Below, in pieces: positions 62,480 to 64,000 of a stretch of 64,000 nucleotides of DNA. A model generated the notes under the pieces. It was not told where the DNA came from. It worked only from the letters and a program-made list of their open reading frames with translations, and searched no databases. The translations under genes and the position numbers were made by a program. Source of the DNA: Octopus bimaculoides (Eukaryota). How positions within the stretch are numbered: position 1 is the stretch's first letter; each line of letters begins with the position of its first letter. The stretch is taken from the NCBI RefSeq assembly GCF_001194135.2, contig NC_068993.1, forward strand, positions 52,908,998-52,972,997, in the 5' to 3' direction.

Positions 62480-63834
62480 ATATACACACGCACACATACA
62501 CAGTATCTTTCATGTATTACTTATTTCAGTCTTCAAACTGCGGCCATGCTTGGACACCACCTTAAGAAATTTTTAGTTGGACGAATCGACCCCAGTATTG
62601 TTTTTTAAAGCCTAGTACTTATTCTATCGGTTCGTTTTGCCGAACCACTAAGTTACACTGGTTGTCAAGCGGTGGAAGGAGGGGGACAAAGATGCACATT
62701 GACGCACATGCGCGCACACGCATATACACACACACATACTTAATATTTTGGGACTAATGGGTATATATCGATTAGTGCATGAGGTATTGAGTAGAGCACT
62801 AGCACAGTTTTTGACTACCTGGTGTCATCTGCAGTTGGGGTATATTTCCATTGGATCTACTTCAGAAACTCCACAGTGTTAGTTGAGATAATAATAATAA
62901 TAATAATTTCTTAAATAACGAGATGATGGATTTGGTATTAATCTTTATTTTGTACAATGGTCGTTTCGACCCATCCTGCAACTGACCCTTACAGGTGGGA
63001 CTCTTTTCAATGTATTGTGTTGCATCAGTTTTGCAGTCTGGGTCTCATCAGGTACATCCATAAAGTTGTCTTGCTAAAGATCCTGAGTTTTGGCTGTCAT
63101 GTTGCTGTATGCCCATCTGGTTAGGGTATGAAACATTGCTGCAGTTTTCAATTACTATTATCTTCCTTTAATAAGAGTTGCAGACACTTGTAAATATAGA
63201 CAAATAATTGTTGATAAAAAAAAATTGTAGGGGAGGTAAATAGATGGACAGGGATGGGTTGAGTTATATTGGGTTTAAGACAAGGGAATGGTACTAGAAG
63301 AAGAAAGGGAGAGATATATATGCAAGTTGTAATGTCTAGGGGGTGAAAGGTTGTTTAACTAGCTAGCTTAGATCAGGATGCATATATACACACACACACA
63401 CTCTCGCTTGTACAAAATAAAGATTGATACCAAATCCATCTTCTCATTATTTAAGAAATTATTATATATATATTATAGTGGGGTAGGCCAGTTTATGGGG
63501 TTACTTTGGGTTTCTTGCTCAGAAGGTATATCTGCAGACCCCAAACACTGCTGGCCAAAGACCTCTTTAAAATATTTTGAAGAGGTCTCAAGCCAGCAGT
63601 GTTCAGGGTCTGAAGATATGCCATAAGGTTAATTTTTACAGCTAGATGCCCTTCAGACACCAACCATGTTATAGTGTGGACTGGATGCTTCTAATGTGGT
63701 CCCAGCATTGGCAAGGTAATCAAGTAACTCACAAGACAAGGAATTATGAGAGGAGCAGGGCATTTGTGTCAGAGAAAGAAAGTTAGACTGCAACTTTCGT
63801 GTGCACAATTAGCTTGCTGTTTTTTCATATATAT

Positions 63835-63880
<46 letters not shown>
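63835..63880 (+). repeat. (TA)n microsatellite (many other TA, CA and GAT tracts across the window)
   Basis: Directly visible. Confidence 0.97.
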
Positions 63881-63881
<1 letters not shown>

Positions 63882-63893
63882 CCCAACTAATTA

Positions 63894-64000
63894 TAGCCCA
63901 ACTAATTAGGGAGCGAATCAATTTAGATGAGATGCAGTTTGGGTTCGTGCCAGGTAAAAGCACTACTGATGCCTTATTTCTAGTGAGACAGTTGCAAGAG
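63894..64000 (+). mobile_element. RTE LINE RT domain fragment running off the window end
   Basis: AQLIRERINLDEMQFGFVPGKSTTDALFLVRQLQE, the QxGF...STxD RT motif. Confidence 0.9.

Larger units (their letters stand above)
56930..62720. other. CpG-retaining (likely unmethylated) domain around the POMP promoter
   Basis: By eye, CG dinucleotides are frequent here, including in old SINE copies. They are rare from 1 to ~56.9 kb except in young TEs and exons. Boundaries are approximate. Confidence 0.7.

Noticed and set aside
21241-62608. Long ORFs containing X runs at 21-22 kb, 59 kb and 62 kb
   Set aside because: Artefacts of N gaps. Only the RTE portion at 21124-21478 is a real coding remnant.
1-64000. 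CRISPR-like arrays, operons, rRNA, snoRNA or snRNA genes
   Set aside because: None seen. The repeated units are dispersed SINEs and MITEs. C/D-box-like TGATGA hits come from (GAT)n tails.

Overview
AT-rich, repeat-dense animal genomic DNA. The SINE, RTE and MITE content looks cephalopod, probably Octopus; this is inferred from repeat style. The only protein-coding gene I can support is POMP/UMP1 (proteasome maturation protein) on the minus strand. Exon 1 carries only the ATG (58514-58516), downstream of a compact ETS/E-box/GC-box/CCAAT promoter. A 27.4 kb first intron follows, then exons at 31042-31145, 28824-28884, 28391-28492 and 24366-24459. They splice in frame to 121 aa: MNFASLDKKNTCFAKQQDITLPTSGEYGFHDVMITGLQQAQSKLVASHPLELSEKHYAGKNEAMDFANLRKIQGIHAPLRLKMERLAVAKVQHLPCLPSSNVLLDTLMGNDDILEFGDILN. 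I could not find the expected last coding exon (~22 aa) in the window. The rest is transposon-derived or simple sequence: an Hsmar1-like mariner with perfect 26-bp TIRs, a DD37D remnant, many RTE LINE fragments, several tRNA-derived SINE families, TTAA-flanked MITEs, a hAT-like MITE, a Helentron-like element, microsatellites and four assembly gaps. CpG is strongly depleted from base 1 to ~56.9 kb and abundant from ~56.9 to 62.7 kb around the promoter. Nearly all ORF-track entries are spurious or TE-derived. I found no convincing new multi-gene system. The best leads are POMP regulation (uORF, candidate poison or alternative exons in intron 1, inverted repeats around exons 2-5), a (TAA)n-targeting SINE and a possibly horizontally transferred mariner. 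All comparisons to known sequences are from memory; no search was run.
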